Source: Chrysomallon squamiferum (taxonomy: Eukaryota > Animalia > Mollusca). From it: DNA of 64,000 nucleotides. The DNA lies in assembly GCA_012295275.1 (NCBI GenBank), contig CM022679.1:21638001-21702000 (forward strand), read 5' to 3'. Position 1 is the first letter of the stretch, and the number at the start of each line of letters is the position of its first letter. Under the pieces are notes generated by a model, which made no database searches, was not told where the DNA came from, and was given only the letters and a program-made list of their open reading frames with translations. Shown here one piece after another: positions 15,727-30,069 of the stretch. The translations under genes were made by a program, and so were the position numbers.

Positions 15727-18008
15727 ATTCGACCAACGACGGCTCAAAGACTGAAAACATGAAACTTGAGCGTCAGAGCTAAATAAATGACAACTAATAA
15801 TTAAAAGAAGACGAAGATTTAGTAGTAGAAGAAGTTGTAAAATATTCCATATATTCCCCGGGTAATCATTAGGTATATATATATATATATATATCTGACC
15901 CCCAGCTTCTGAGACACAATGACGTATGACATCCGAACTGCATTTCTCAACCGCAAACCCTGGAGAGACTGGTCGGAACATAACAGGAGATGAACGGTTT
16001 TGTTATGTGTCAGTGAAGTGTTGTTTCAGTTCTCTACGAATCGAGCCGTGGCGTGCAGACAGCGTATTTCAAAAAGAAATCACTGACAGCGGAGACAAGA
16101 GAAGTCATGAAAAGAACCGCAAATAACCGCAGTCAATTTTGTTATTGTGAATAAAGAGTTTTTATCTCCTTTCGATTCTTTTAATATGTTTTTTTTTTTC
16201 TTTTTTTTTTTTACCGATTTGTCTCTTGGGACGTTCAGCAGTTTAATTTACAGAGGTTTAGCAGGTCTCAGGAGCAGTAATAGTTAATGGGCTCCGTCTT
16301 ATTTCCCGTTTCAAACAGTGATTTGCTTTTTTCTAGTTGTCCAAAGACTATAGAAAGTATTTTTTTTGTCTTTCAAAACCTGAATGAAAAAGATTATTTG
16401 CTGATAATCGATAAGCAACGAACAATGCGACTACAATGACAGTTTTTCTTAAAACATTATCATAAGATGAAAAAAAAAAAAAAAGAAGAAGAAGTAAAAA
16501 GTGCTTGTTAATCATTTCTTCAGTTTTGTTCATCTCTTCATGCGTCCATCCATATATAGATTCCACCTTGGCATTCTCTATTTTTATTGTTTTTATTATC
16601 ATTCTGTGGGGGTTATATTGTGTACTTTCACTGCCACGACTGGAAAAGGCTGGAGGGAGAAAACGGACAGCAGAGTAGAAGCTTTTGAGTACAACCGTAC
16701 AGAAGATCTATTTTTAGAACCGCTGGCCTTTAGGGACACACAACGCGTTTCACGTCAGAGTAATAGCATCGCCTGGTGAAATTTGAAAATTCGACACAAC
16801 ACCTGCCCGTGGTGTCACTGGCTGCAGTCGCGTCATCTTTCACTGGCGTCTGGTTTATTTAGCATATCGATTAGTTCAAACCGCGCCGTGCAAATAGCTT
16901 CGCAAGACGCTGGAATTCATTAAACCCGTTTTAATATTTAATATTCCGAGCAGAGTGTCTGCTGCTCGTTCTTCCTGAGGAAGGAAGGAAACTCGATGTG
17001 TTTTATTTGTTGATATATATATATATATGTTGATAATATGAAAAAAAAAAAAAAAATTGAATGCGAAGTCAACGAAATGAAGAAACGAAAAAAAATAAAT
17101 AAATAATTAAAAACAAAAACAATTGAAAAATGTAAAAAAAAAAGAAAAAAAGAAAAAACAATTCATAATGATAATAAAAAATTATAAAATAAAAACAGCA
17201 CTTCACTGTTCATCCATCAAACAGCAAAAATACTACAACTCACTTCTCAAAAAAAAAAAAAAAAAAAAAAAAAATAAAAAATATTTACAACGCCAATTTT
17301 CTCTTTTCTTTTTCAAAAATTTAATTTCTTGGTAATAAAACCACAAGGGACTGCTAATATAATAATGTACGCAACTGTTTTGCTAATCTAATATTCGTTT
17401 CCGAATGGGAACCGAATAACCTTAACACGAAAAAAAAAAAAAAAAACACGCTCGACATGACAGGAATAAGAAATTATGTTCTCTTGGATTACATACAATG
17501 AAGCCAGAGATACGACTGTTAATATTAATAACAAAACCATAGCAAAAATCGATGACAATTGTTTTAACTTCATTGGCAAACGTAGGCGGGTCGCTAATTC
17601 TGAATCATTATTTCTTCCACTTTCTTATCCCCACATTAAATGTCTCTCACTTATTACGAATATAATTGCTCTATGTTGTGTTGTTTTACTGCTGACTTTT
17701 CTATGGGGTCAGTTAAGAATGCAACGGTTAATAATTAATGCGGCTACAACGATTCTTGTAACATAATTCGTTTGCAAGTCATCCGTAACGGCTGTATGTA
17801 TGTATGTACAATCGATTTGTGTGTGCTATGCTATTCGGTTCTCGTTATTTTTTTTAAATTTAATATCTTGTTATCATGTTAAACCTCTCATATCACAGTT
17901 TGTATGTGTCTCGTATATCATATTTCCTCGCATACAGGTTTTAAAATGGTGTCAGCAAAATGAAGTTCTGACCTATCGTAGTGCAGTGTTTCTTGTTTTG
18001 TAACAGCA

Positions 18009-18153
<145 letters not shown>

Positions 18154-19446
18154 ACTCACAGAGACTATCTCCGTTTCACACACACACGCACACAAATACA
18201 CACACATATGCATATAAACTCTCACTCTCGCTCACTTTCTCTTTCTCAAACACACTGTCAAACTATCAAACTACGTTGGGAATGTGATATGGTTTTTTAA
18301 CTGCATGCAAATCGTTTTGTTATTTATAATTTATTTCTAAACTTTATGGCTACAACAGCTGTATCACTGAACAAACTGAAGACACTTTTACTAAGTCTAT
18401 TTTTTGATCAATAATATTTTGACTTGCTGTGAAATATAGTAGCAGTAGTTAATATTAGCATCAGCATCAGCATTATTATTATTATTGTAATAGCAATAGT
18501 AGTTGTAGTAGTTGTAGTAGTAATAATTGTATATGTATTTGGTATTTGTATGGTGGTGGTGATGATGGTCGTGCTTGTAGTAGCAGTAGTGGTAATAGTA
18601 GTAGTAATCGTGGTAGTAGTAATAGGATTAATCATAACAGCAACAGCAGAAGTTAGGAGTAAAATATACCTTAAATATTATATATATATATATATGTAAG
18701 CGTTGTTTATGTATGTCGAAAGTATTTTAAACTTTTACTGATCCCTCATCGTAAAGTACCAGTTCAAAAATATAGTTTTTCCACGTTTTTGTCATGTGTT
18801 TTTGTGTCTTTTTAAACTGTCAACTCCATATACAGTATATACTTTCCAAATAAATATAAAATATAATAACCTTTTCTTTTTGTTTATATGTATATATATA
18901 TATATATGTATGTACGTATTTGTGTATGAGTGTGTGTGTGTGTGTGTGTGTACATACGCGTTTGCAGTTCATGTGCTGAAACATACAGATGTGTCAGATA
19001 ATTGTGAAAAGCACCAGCAAAATATCACATTACGTTTTCCACAAATAAAGAGAGAACAGCATGTTTACTCTAAATTTTCCATGTATCTTTCATTGTTATC
19101 AGTAAATTAAGGATTTAACAACAAGAAAGAAATAAAAATAAAACGAAATATAACTCGGACAGACGGTATTTTGTTGTTGTCTGTATATTAATTAATTTAC
19201 TTCTGGCGCAGATTAAAACATTTTCAATACTCAAGGAGTGAAAAAATAAAAAATTAAAATTAAAATATAAATAAATACATAAATATATTTATAACGAATC
19301 TATCTTCTGCTTTTCACGTTCTTCACAACGAACTGAACATTCAATTCATTTTCAACTAAAAAAAAAATAAAAAAAAAAAAAAAATAAAATAAAGAAAGAA
19401 GGAAAGAAAAAGGGCGAAGAAAATTTCATGACAAACGGGGGCTTAC

Positions 19447-19690
19447 CTCTCACTTCCACTAAATGACCGTCTTCAATTTGTTTAGAAACAACTTCTCGAC
19501 ACACCTTCCACAGACCGGACCTGGCCCCCACCAGAAACTTCCCTGTGACGTTTGCACCGAGCTCACCCGACACCGACAGAATTAACCAGTTGTTGGTACA
19601 TATCGCCGCAAGTTGGAAAAAGAATGCCACAATCGTAGACGCGGTGGCAGCCAACAGCACTCGCTTTTCGTACAGCGGTTGGGCCGCCAT
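19447..19690 (-). CDS. Gene B coding exon 1 (TM1 and GLW motif), PMP22/EMP/claudin/CACNG superfamily
   Basis: ATG in a strong context (CAAAATGG) with an in-frame TAA upstream. Encodes MAAQPLYEKRVLLAATASTIVAFFFQLAAICTNNWLILSVSGELGANVTGKFLVGARSGLWKVCREVVSKQIEDGHLVEVR: TM1, T-x-x-W, an N-glycan sequon NVT and SGLWxxC. Ends at AGA G|gtaagc, phase 1. Confidence 0.92.
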
Positions 19691-19969
19691 TTTGGCCCGC
19701 TGCTCCTCTCGTGAACGTCTAACTTAGCAGACGACAGTAGCCGGATCGTCTGCTTCATTCACAAGAAAGATGATGAATTGCAACACCAAGCCAAACTTAT
19801 CTCCGATAACCCGCGTGCATTTGTGGACGTTGTGAACTCATACATATACATATACATATATATATATGTATGTATGTATATGTATACCAAATGAAAACTC
19901 TTGTTGTTAAAACGGAATTGATAGAAAGCTCTCTGTCGGTGCGTCTCTCCGTATGTAAGTGTGTGTATA

Positions 19970-20190
19970 TGTGTGTGTGTGCCGCTGGCTCCGTTGATGC
20001 CTTCTTTTGTGTGGGCCGTTTTACAAGCATCACGTGCGTTATCGGAAATCAACACCGACTCGCTGCTCGTCCCATTTCGCGGCAGCTCGCTGTAATTGTC
20101 CACACATGTTAGAGTGGTACTGGTCTACTTTGCCTCACTGCACTCACCGAGCGGCGCGTACGTACGTACGTACGTGATTCTGTCATGTTT
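19970..20190 (-). promoter_or_regulatory. Putative promoter / 5' UTR start of gene B
   Basis: CpG-rich island 0.3-0.5 kb upstream of the ATG in otherwise AT-rich DNA. Contains an E-box CACGTG (~20030) and a self-complementary (CGTA)n run (~20157-20175). The TSS cannot be determined. Confidence 0.4.
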
Positions 20191-21003
20191 TCGTCTGTGT
20201 GTTTTTCCTGTGTGTGTATGTATGTGTTTGTGTGTGTGGGTATGTGTATGTGTATGTGTGTGTGTGGGTATGTGTATGTGTATGTGTGTGTCTATTGTTA
20301 TTGTTTTTTTTTTGTTTTTTGTTTTAGTTTTAGTGTAGTCTTTGAGTCTTTAAGTACATATATGTGCATGTATGTATGTATGTAATATATATGTTTATAT
20401 GTATATGTGTATATGTGTATATGTGTATGTATGTATGTATGTATGTATGCAATATATATATATATATATATATACTGATGTATGTGTGGTGTGCGAGAGA
20501 GAGATAAGAAGAAGAAAAAAAAAGAAGAAGAAAAAGAAGAGAGACAGACGAACAGATCAGAAGGAAAGAAAAGAAAGATATGTTTGTTCGTTTGTTTATT
20601 TATTTGTCTGTTCATTTATTATCCAGAATTTAAGAGTTAAAAAATATTTAAAAAAAAAATAAATAAAAAAATAAAAAATAAAAAATATAAAATTAAAAAA
20701 TTAAATAAGTAAATAAATAAATAAATAAATAATACACTGATATTATTTTCTTTGTCTATTATTATTGTTTATGTTTTATATTTTTATTTTTATTTTTTTA
20801 TTTATTTAGAATTCTGCTGATACAATAACATAATAATTTATATAAGTTTTCCTTTACTTCTTTTTTCTGGTTTGAAGATGTATAAAAGTGTTGTCTTAGA
20901 ATGAAAGCCTTTCAGTGTTATACATAACTAATACCATTTACCATTTACCAGTACTTAATATCAAGATAAATTTATATAATTTAATTTTGGTTCCATTTTG
21001 GAA

Positions 21004-21034
<31 letters not shown>

Positions 21035-22714
21035 AAAAGTAATAATAATAGTTGTTTTTGTTGCTGTTGTTGTTGTTATTATTATTATTGTTGTTTTTTT
21101 TGTTTTTTTATATTTGCAATCGAATAGCCAATGTAATAAATAAGACAGAAATCTAAGGAATGAAAAACAATATTAATATATGTTCTGTTTCCTGACGTGT
21201 TACGTAGGTCATCAGGCTGACGTAACTGTGGAGCAACATGGTGTTTTCTGATTGGCTAATTAATACTGGAGATGTCATCTTGTACTTTAATACTATTCGC
21301 TTTATAATGCGAATATGTTTATAGAAAAAAGCTCTGATAAAACACACTTAAAATAATATATAAATAAATTTAAATAATAATAATAATGATAATAATGATG
21401 TTGATGATGACGATGATGATTGTTATTATTACTATTGTTGTTGTTGTTGTTGGTATTATTATTAGTAGTGGTAGTAAAAATACCAGTAGTAGTATTATTA
21501 GTATTACGAGTGTTTTTTATTAACTCAGTCTTTTATGACTTTTACACTGTTAAAACAAATGGCTCAAAATGGCACATTTGTTTCTGAAGGTTAATATATT
21601 TTTTGCTGGCGTGAAGCGAAAAATAAACGAATGCTCTGATTTATTTTTCATGTAGTTTTAGAAGTTTATGTGGTCTTCTTTGTTTTTTAATTTATTCATT
21701 TTAGTTTTTGTTTTCATTTTTTTTGTGTTCTTCAGATTTGTTTTTAAAACTTTTTTTTATGTGTCAGTATTAAGATAAATGTATAGAGAGGTTGATAAAC
21801 ATATTTAAATATTTAACTAAAGGATGGATAAAATAAACATACCGTATACACGAACACACCATATCTTCATCACGTTATTTATTTATTATTATTATTTTTT
21901 ATAACAAAATATTATTTAATAAATCTAGAAGACTGTTTTTACACACACACATATTAGTAATTAATAATAATTTTTAATAATGATCACGTATGTAATAAAC
22001 ACATAGATTATTTACATTTTAATCAGATTAGCTGTAAACTGGTTCATCTGTCGGCTGATACCCGCAGGCAAACTATGAGACTTTGCAATTCTCCTCTAAG
22101 AATCCTATGTATGGGATATATATATATATATATTCATATATTTATTATCCATTTAAACGACTGAGGATCTAGCTTAGTGCACGTACATAAGTTCATTAGA
22201 ACAACCATTAAAATCTGTTTTCCTTACCTTTACATTAGAGTTATTTCACGAAGCATGGAGTCTACCCTGTTTAGACGTTTTAAGTAGAAACGTTAGCTTC
22301 AGATTCACGATGTATTTATCTACTAAAATACATTTACGTGTTTTAACTTTAATGTATTTGGAAGGCTTGAATAACAAATATGTATACAAATATATAATTT
22401 TAGTAAACGTGCTCAGACGTAAAATAGATGATTTTACATATATATATTCTTTATTTTTCTTTATTTTTTTTTCCTTTAAAATTATAACGAAGAAAAAAGA
22501 TTATGATAACAATTAACCAAACATTCTAAACAATTTTTTGGCACATGACAGACACGCCATAACATATGCATTACTTTAAAGAGACTGAGGAGAGGTTTGG
22601 CTTTTTTCTTCTTCTTCTTCTTTTAATAATTATCGTAAATTAAAGACAGTTTTCCATTAAAAAAAACAACTTGATAACGTATTTATTTACTGCTTTGGTT
22701 ATGTGAAGAGTTAG

Positions 22715-22746
<32 letters not shown>

Positions 22747-23223
22747 GTGGTATGGTTATTACATACTGTTTATGTTTTTTTAAATGTGAGGAAACTCTAG
22801 TAATCTGTGTTGTATTTGTAAATTATCTTTATGGTAATTTCACGTTTTTCTTTGGTGCTTTATGTCAGCTGTTGTTTAGTGTCGATGTTAAGTTGAATAG
22901 TCTACGTACTTTGGTTTGTTTGTGCACATATATATTTTATATAGTAGCTGCATATATACATGTAATATAACAGTAGTAGTAAAATAGTAGTAGTAAAATG
23001 ATGCTGATGATTATGACAATGATGTGGTAATTGATACAAAAAACAACACAACGACTGTAAAATTTTTGAAATTTCATAATTTATTATACAAAAATGACAT
23101 ATAAAATGTTATGCTCGTCTTTCCTTTCAACACAAAATGGGTTATTCAGGCTTAAAGTGCAGTATTGAAAAACATCATCAACATACGGAGAAATGTGAGT
23201 ATAGAACATACAGTGATATTACC

Positions 23224-23256
<33 letters not shown>

Positions 23257-23908
23257 TTTTATATATATTTAAATTTGTCTCATGTAGCGCGTCTAACACA
23301 GTGGCACATGACGTCAGGCGTTTTTTCACTCGTTGAATTAGGCTTAACCAAGCTAACACAAGATGAAAAACGCTTACACGTATAAATATATTTATCACAT
23401 AAATAAATCTCAGAGAAATGTTATTTCATTGAAAACAGAAACAAACAAACAAACAAACAAACAAACAAACAAAACAACCCAGACACTTCCAAACTCCCCC
23501 CTCCAAAAAAAAATCCCAACAAAAAACAACAAAAACGATAGAAAACAGTATATGAAAGAAATATATAAAAATATAAAGGACTTACAAAATTAAAAAAAAA
23601 AAAACAAAAACGACAATCCCCAAAAAATAAAAAAAAAAAAAAAAAAAAAAAAAAATCGAAAAAAAAAAACAAAAAAAACTTCCTATTATATGTGGAATTA
23701 ACCGTTATAAATATTAAACAAAATTAATATGACTTTTAGAATAAAAATATTTAGATAGCCAGGTAAATAGATTTCTTATTATTAGTTTTGTTTGATAAAG
23801 GCAACAAAGAATAATTTTCTATAGTATAACGAAACATAAACAAAAACAATAATAATATCAACAACTCATTAAGCAATAAAATAAATAAATAACTAAATGA
23901 ATAAATGC

Positions 23909-23945
<37 letters not shown>

Positions 23946-24627
23946 TAACAATAATAATAATAATAATAATAATAATAATTATTATTATTTTTTATAAAAA
24001 CAAAAGAAAACAGTACAAAAACAACTAAAGAGAAAACAAAAAACAATAAAATTAATAATTAAAAAATAAATAAAAAATATTATAACAATAAAATAAATAA
24101 TAAATAAAAAAAACAAACAAAACAAATAAATTAATTTTCAAACGTAAAAAAAATAAAAAAAAAAAAAAAAAAAATAAAATAAAATAAAATAAAAATAAAT
24201 AAATATTATAACAATAATAATAAATAATAAATAATAAATAAATAAACAACAACAGGAAACGGAAGAAATTATTGTATTTTCAAAACGTATATCATTTTCT
24301 TATCCGGAAAGTAATTTCGGACTGAAGCATAGTAGAAAGTCACGGACAAAAAGCACAAAACAGATTTGTCAGGATTTGTAGGGTGGGGAAACAACCCAGA
24401 GGAAACCCAAGCGGAAGTAAAATCAGGGGAAAAAGGGGAATAACTGACATGGAAGCAAAAGGAGTCGGGTATATGGGGAAGACTAATGTTTGATATAAAC
24501 GTTATCTGCCTAATTTATAAATTAAATGAGATTACTTCAAAGTTTGTGTTATGAACAGTAACGAATGATTTAATGTATCACTGATAAATAAATAAATAAA
24601 TAAATTCAATAAATAAACCACTGTTTC

Positions 24628-24693
<66 letters not shown>

Positions 24694-25380
24694 GCAATAG
24701 TATTAATAGTAATAAGATAAAATAATACATAAATAAAATCGATGTCTGTCTAAAAATAAAAATTATCTATAAGGAAGTAGTTACTTCTGATGATGTTTTT
24801 TTACTTTTTTTTTCTCAAATGACGTCACAGATTCTCAGTTTTATTCTTTGCACATTAATAAACGCTCACATTAATTCATAAATAGTCACACTTTTTAAAA
24901 TACGTAAGAAATCTTTCACATGAGTCAAACACAAATTTCATACATAACAACAACAAACATTCCTGGATATGGATATTTTGACATTTTATAGCATTTTTTT
25001 GGTTTGATTTTGATAAGTTTTACAAAAAAAAACAAGCAAATTAAAAAAAAAATAAAAAAAAACAATTAAAATTAAAAATTAAAATATTAAATAAAGAATA
25101 ATAATAATATATAGATATATAATACTAATACTAATACTAATACTACTAATAATAGTAATAATGAAAATAAATGAATGAATAAATAAATAAATAAAATTAA
25201 CAATAAAAAAATAAATTAAAAAATTAATAAAACAATGATGATTTATAGTCATTCATTCATTCTCATTTGTACATTTTCATAATTTCTACTATAGAATGTA
25301 ACTTTGTATGTTTAAAACAAAACCCTATAAATAAATCAGAACCGATGTTATATAAATGTATATAATTTGAGTGTGTGTAT

Positions 25381-25424
<44 letters not shown>

Positions 25425-26205
25425 AGTCCAAAGATGTTTTAATCTGTAACATAATCTGACAAAATAGTTCGATTTAAAATCTCCACAAAAACACATTATA
25501 TAATTCGTCTATGTTGTAGTAAATAAAACCATTCTTAAAAAAAAAAAAAAAAAAACACACAAAAAAAAAAGATACATAAACCCAAAAACTCTGCAAAATA
25601 ACAAAACAACAACTTTCGTTTCTTTTCTTCTTTTTTTAAAAAAAAGGAACAATGATGCACCAAAGTTCAAGAAACATGAATAAAAAAAAAAACAAAAAAA
25701 AAAAAAATAAAAAAAAAAGAAGAAATCGAATTTGTTTTAAAAATAACTATGTGCGACAGCGGCGTAACATTTAACAGTAACAGTAGGCTGGTACCAGACA
25801 CAGGTTACCTTCACAAAATCTATCATGACGTTGTACTTCAAAAATGTATATATATATGGATATATATATATATTCATATATTGACTTCGAATTTTGTATT
25901 TATGACAATGATCCATTATATATTATATATATATTATTGATGACATCACTCTTGCTTTTGGCGCTCGTTGGAAATTCTGTCTGTTAACAACGCAAAACTA
26001 TCTACCCAGGGCACAGAACAAGACTGTGCTGTTCAGAGTGGAAAGGCTGTTATTAATCGGCTCATTCTGTTCTAATAACCTTTCAAACAGTGATATTCCT
26101 TTTGCACACGGCCCCGACCCGCCTTCAAGAAGGGCATCAACTCTTGAACATCCAAACGTGATATACACAAACACATCAGGAATTATCTCCCTTCGGTCTC
26201 GTTTA

Positions 26206-26239
<34 letters not shown>

Positions 26240-26475
26240 AAATTCTTTCAAAGTATTGACCAGCTCCGCTGTAAACAGCTATTATAAACACATTATTGTG
26301 CCTTTTATTTATCATTTGTTTCATTTTATTTTTTTTTTAAATGTCGGCACAGATTACGTGATAAAAAAAACCGGTTCAAAACAAAATTCCCAGATCTACA
26401 CGGCGAACTCTAGTCGATTGCCCACGTGCAAATTATGAACAAGAGCTGTTACAGATAAACCTACTCACTCCTTTG

Positions 26476-27020
26476 TCACACTGGCGTTGTTCTTCGAACG
26501 ATGTCGATTGATGGCGGAGGTGAAACAATCTCTTTTTGCGCGGGATGCATCTCGGCAGTGGTAGAAATTGTGTTTCGCGATGAGTCCCTTTGAAAATTAA
26601 AATTCGATAACTCATGAGATGCATCGGATATAGGAGTGTATGTGAAATAGCTATCGGAACGCGTAACTGATGGATCTCGTGACCGGTCACGTGACTGCGA
26701 CCTCTCGCGAGACTGAGAACGTGGCCCGCTGTAGCGCCAGTGGTTGGCTCTGTTATCGTTTGTTTCCGTTTTGTGCGCGTTCTCCGTCTGCTTCAGTTTA
26801 TAGAGTTTTTTACGTTGTGCTTGTTTATTTTTCGTTATATAAAGGTACACGGAAAATACGCCTGATAGTTCTGTGAGGATGAAGGATCCTACAGCCATGA
26901 TGAATGAAGATCCATAATAATACACAAACTTAGGTTCCTCTATGGATGCCCGAGGCTTGTTGCCCACTTCTTCTGTAATGCTGCCGATGTAAAGTATAAT
27001 ACCAACCAGAGTACACAGCC
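26476..27020 (-). CDS. CACNG2-like: Gene A: stargazin/TARP-like (voltage-dependent calcium channel gamma family; AMPA receptor auxiliary subunit), terminal coding exon 4
   Basis: gttttactttctgctttcag|GG CTG TGT..., 545 nt to TGA. Encodes (G)LCTLVGIILYIGSITEE...FVYYYGSSFIMAVGSFILTELSGVFSVYLYI, which matches stargazin GLSNIIGIIVYISAN...[25 protein letters not shown]. It then has an RS-rich tail and ends in RRTTPV*, the stargazin class I PDZ ligand. Confidence 0.96.
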
Positions 27021-28120
27021 CTGAAAGCAGAAAGTAAAACAAATATCATCAACAGAGATTAAAACAAACAAATAAGAACAGCAGCAACAGCAGCAGCAGC
27101 AATGAAACAGTAGCAATTATCAATACAGTGATTAAAAGAAATAATGCAGAAGCAGTAGCAGCAACAACAACAAAACAACACAAAACTACAAATATGCATG
27201 GCGAATACCGCAGATTTTAACATAGCAGGTAATGAGCATTCGTTGGGAAGGGGAAGTAATTCGTCAGACGATTATTGTGCTTTCGGTTATCTGCTATTGT
27301 TAGGAAATCCGAGATGTAGTTTAGTATTGCAGTCATAACGGATCGTGTAAATGAGTCTTTCAGAAATTAATAACTGTTTAAATTAATACGAGAAAAACAG
27401 ACTGGCTGTAAAGTTGCATTTGTATAAAACCTGAGAACGCTGCAGTAAAACCAAATTTCGTCAGTTTTATGGTTAAAAAATTATTTCAAAATCAACAATA
27501 TAAGACGTGGGTACACAAATTTATAAAGACATTTTTAGGAGATTATTTCTTTTTTTTTATTTGCTCTGACCACAATCATTCCTAATTAAACCTCTGCAGT
27601 TCTGAGTCATAAGTCTAAAATAATACTTTATCTTTTATAATTAATTTTATGATTTTTCTTGGAAAAGACAACAAATAACAGCTATTTGAAAAATGATTTT
27701 CGTGAACGTTGCAACGATAGTACCACTTGTCAAACATGTTCATTGTTTTACTGCCGTAATTTGGCTACTAATGCAAGACAAGACATTTGAAAGAAAACGG
27801 CAAGAGAAATTATGATCTCAAGAGGCTCTAACTAAATAATTAAGCTCTACAGAATAAGAAAATTGCCCAAAGTTCTAGCTTGATGTTAACCTTTAAGAGA
27901 AAAATACGAGACGGATACCGTTTTTTTACCATTAAATTATTCTGATGTCAGTCTATATAATATACAGTTACATTCATAATTTGATATTTCATAATATTTT
28001 CGTTGTAAATTAGATTAGTTGTCCTCCCTCTGGTTTTAGTCAGTAATTAATACATCAGTGTAATTTGTAATTTGCAACAGGGAACGAGATGTGGCCATTG
28101 ATGAACATTCGTCCTCGGAT

Positions 28121-28225
<105 letters not shown>

Positions 28226-28854
28226 GTCTCTGTATCACAAAACTCAGTGATTAACATTACATTATCAACTTCATCTCAGTATGCAATAACACTATAAAAC
28301 AAAATATCTGACCCAATGCAAAACGTATGGGTGTGTCTACCATAGAAACAATCACATAGAACTATGATTAAAACACAATTTAAACCAATGAAAGATATGG
28401 TTTGGAATTGGAAAAACAAAATTAGCAATTTGAGTCAGAGCACTCGAGTCTAAGACATAAATCTATGTTCGGAATTGATAATAAACAAGAATTTATCGCA
28501 GAGAAAATATTATGCGTTGCTAATTGTACACTAGTCCAACGTTTCGCCAGTTAATTATTATCACTAAGAGCCAGTACAGAGAGGCGAACCCACAATCCAC
28601 AAGGCGTCGTTCTAAAGAGGTTAGTGACTTAAAGTCAAGAGTCAGGTTAGAAAAAAAAAATAAAAAAAAATGGCGGAGCCAGAGTTCTCATCATTTGTTA
28701 AAACGACAAAAATCTCGGTGAGTATTTTTGACAAGGGGCCCTTCATTTTCACTTCTGAGGTTGCTGTCGGCGACTCGGTGATTGTTCCAGCTGTAGACGT
28801 TGTAAGATTTGATTGACACCGCTGATTGGAAATTACAAAAGAAACTGTTAGAGA

Positions 28855-28866
28855 AGGTCAAGGTCA
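28855..28866 (+). promoter_or_regulatory. Perfect nuclear-receptor DR0 (AGGTCAAGGTCA) in TARP intron 3
   Basis: Motif match only. It includes TCAAGGTCA (ERR/FTZ-F1-type monomer site) and lies in a non-repetitive island. Confidence 0.3.
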
Positions 28867-30069
28867 TTATGGAATGAAAAGCGGTGAAAAAAAGTTGTGT
28901 GTGTAGAAGTGGTCTGGATGCACTTGTCAGGTTTCGCTGTGATTATTTGTTCTTTGGTTTGTGAATGTTTGTTTTAGAAGTGGATTTTTTTTGGATGACA
29001 AGTTTTTTGTTTTTTTTGAAGCATAGTTAAAAAAGCACACAAGCAGTGACAAACAAACAAAATAATTGGAAAAATTAAAATAAAACCTCAAACCAATATT
29101 TCTGACAGATAGAAAAAACCTCAAACTACGCTTAAATTATCACTCATTTTCATAAATATATATTTTTTTTCATTGATCAAGAGAGTAGCTTAAATATTTA
29201 TATATTTCTTAAAATATAAAAAAAAAATATATTTTTTTAAAACATAAAAATATATTTTTCGGTGATCGATAAAAAAAAGTATAAAACCGTTTTTCTGAAA
29301 CCTTAATACAGAGATACATAAATTGTATTTAAATTATACCGAATATAAATATATATATATATATTTTTTATAAGTAAAATATACAGTCTTCAGTGTGGAA
29401 CTGGAACATGATGAAACCTCTTTAAATATATATCAAATCCATGTTGTATTTTTCTCTTTTTTTTTTTTTTTCGTTTCGCCCAGTCCTAATATTAATCAAG
29501 CCTGACTTGCATAAATAATTCGCTGTATCAAAGACAAAGCTCGTTTAAAATGGCTTAGCATTCACTGTAATTTATGGATGATTTTTAGTTCGCACGAAGC
29601 CAGTTTTTACAGGATTTAAGACCATAACAGAAATCAAGGGTTTTTTGGAAGCTACATGGAATATTCTTTCGTTTTTTTGTTAGTTTTTTTTTTTCCTTTT
29701 TCTTTCGCCTGTTTATTTCATTATCTGCAAAATAAATCTTGCATAAAATTTACATTTGGTGAAGTGCAAATTACAAAGACTACACTGGCATTCAAGCAAA
29801 AGGTAAGGAAATATTTTGCTGTTGCTATGGTTACCAGCACCAGTCATCATATCCGTTGATATATAGATGAACAGTTTTCGCATTAATTTTTTTTATTTTT
29901 TTATTTTTATTTTTTTTTTATTTTGTAAGCTAAATATTAATAATGTATCAGTAAACGAAATCCAGTATGGCTGCAGAAATGAACGTTTTAATAATTTATA
30001 AACTGAATTTTATTTCATTATTTTCTTTTGCCATTGTTTTATACATAATCAAATCCATTCTTCAGTACA

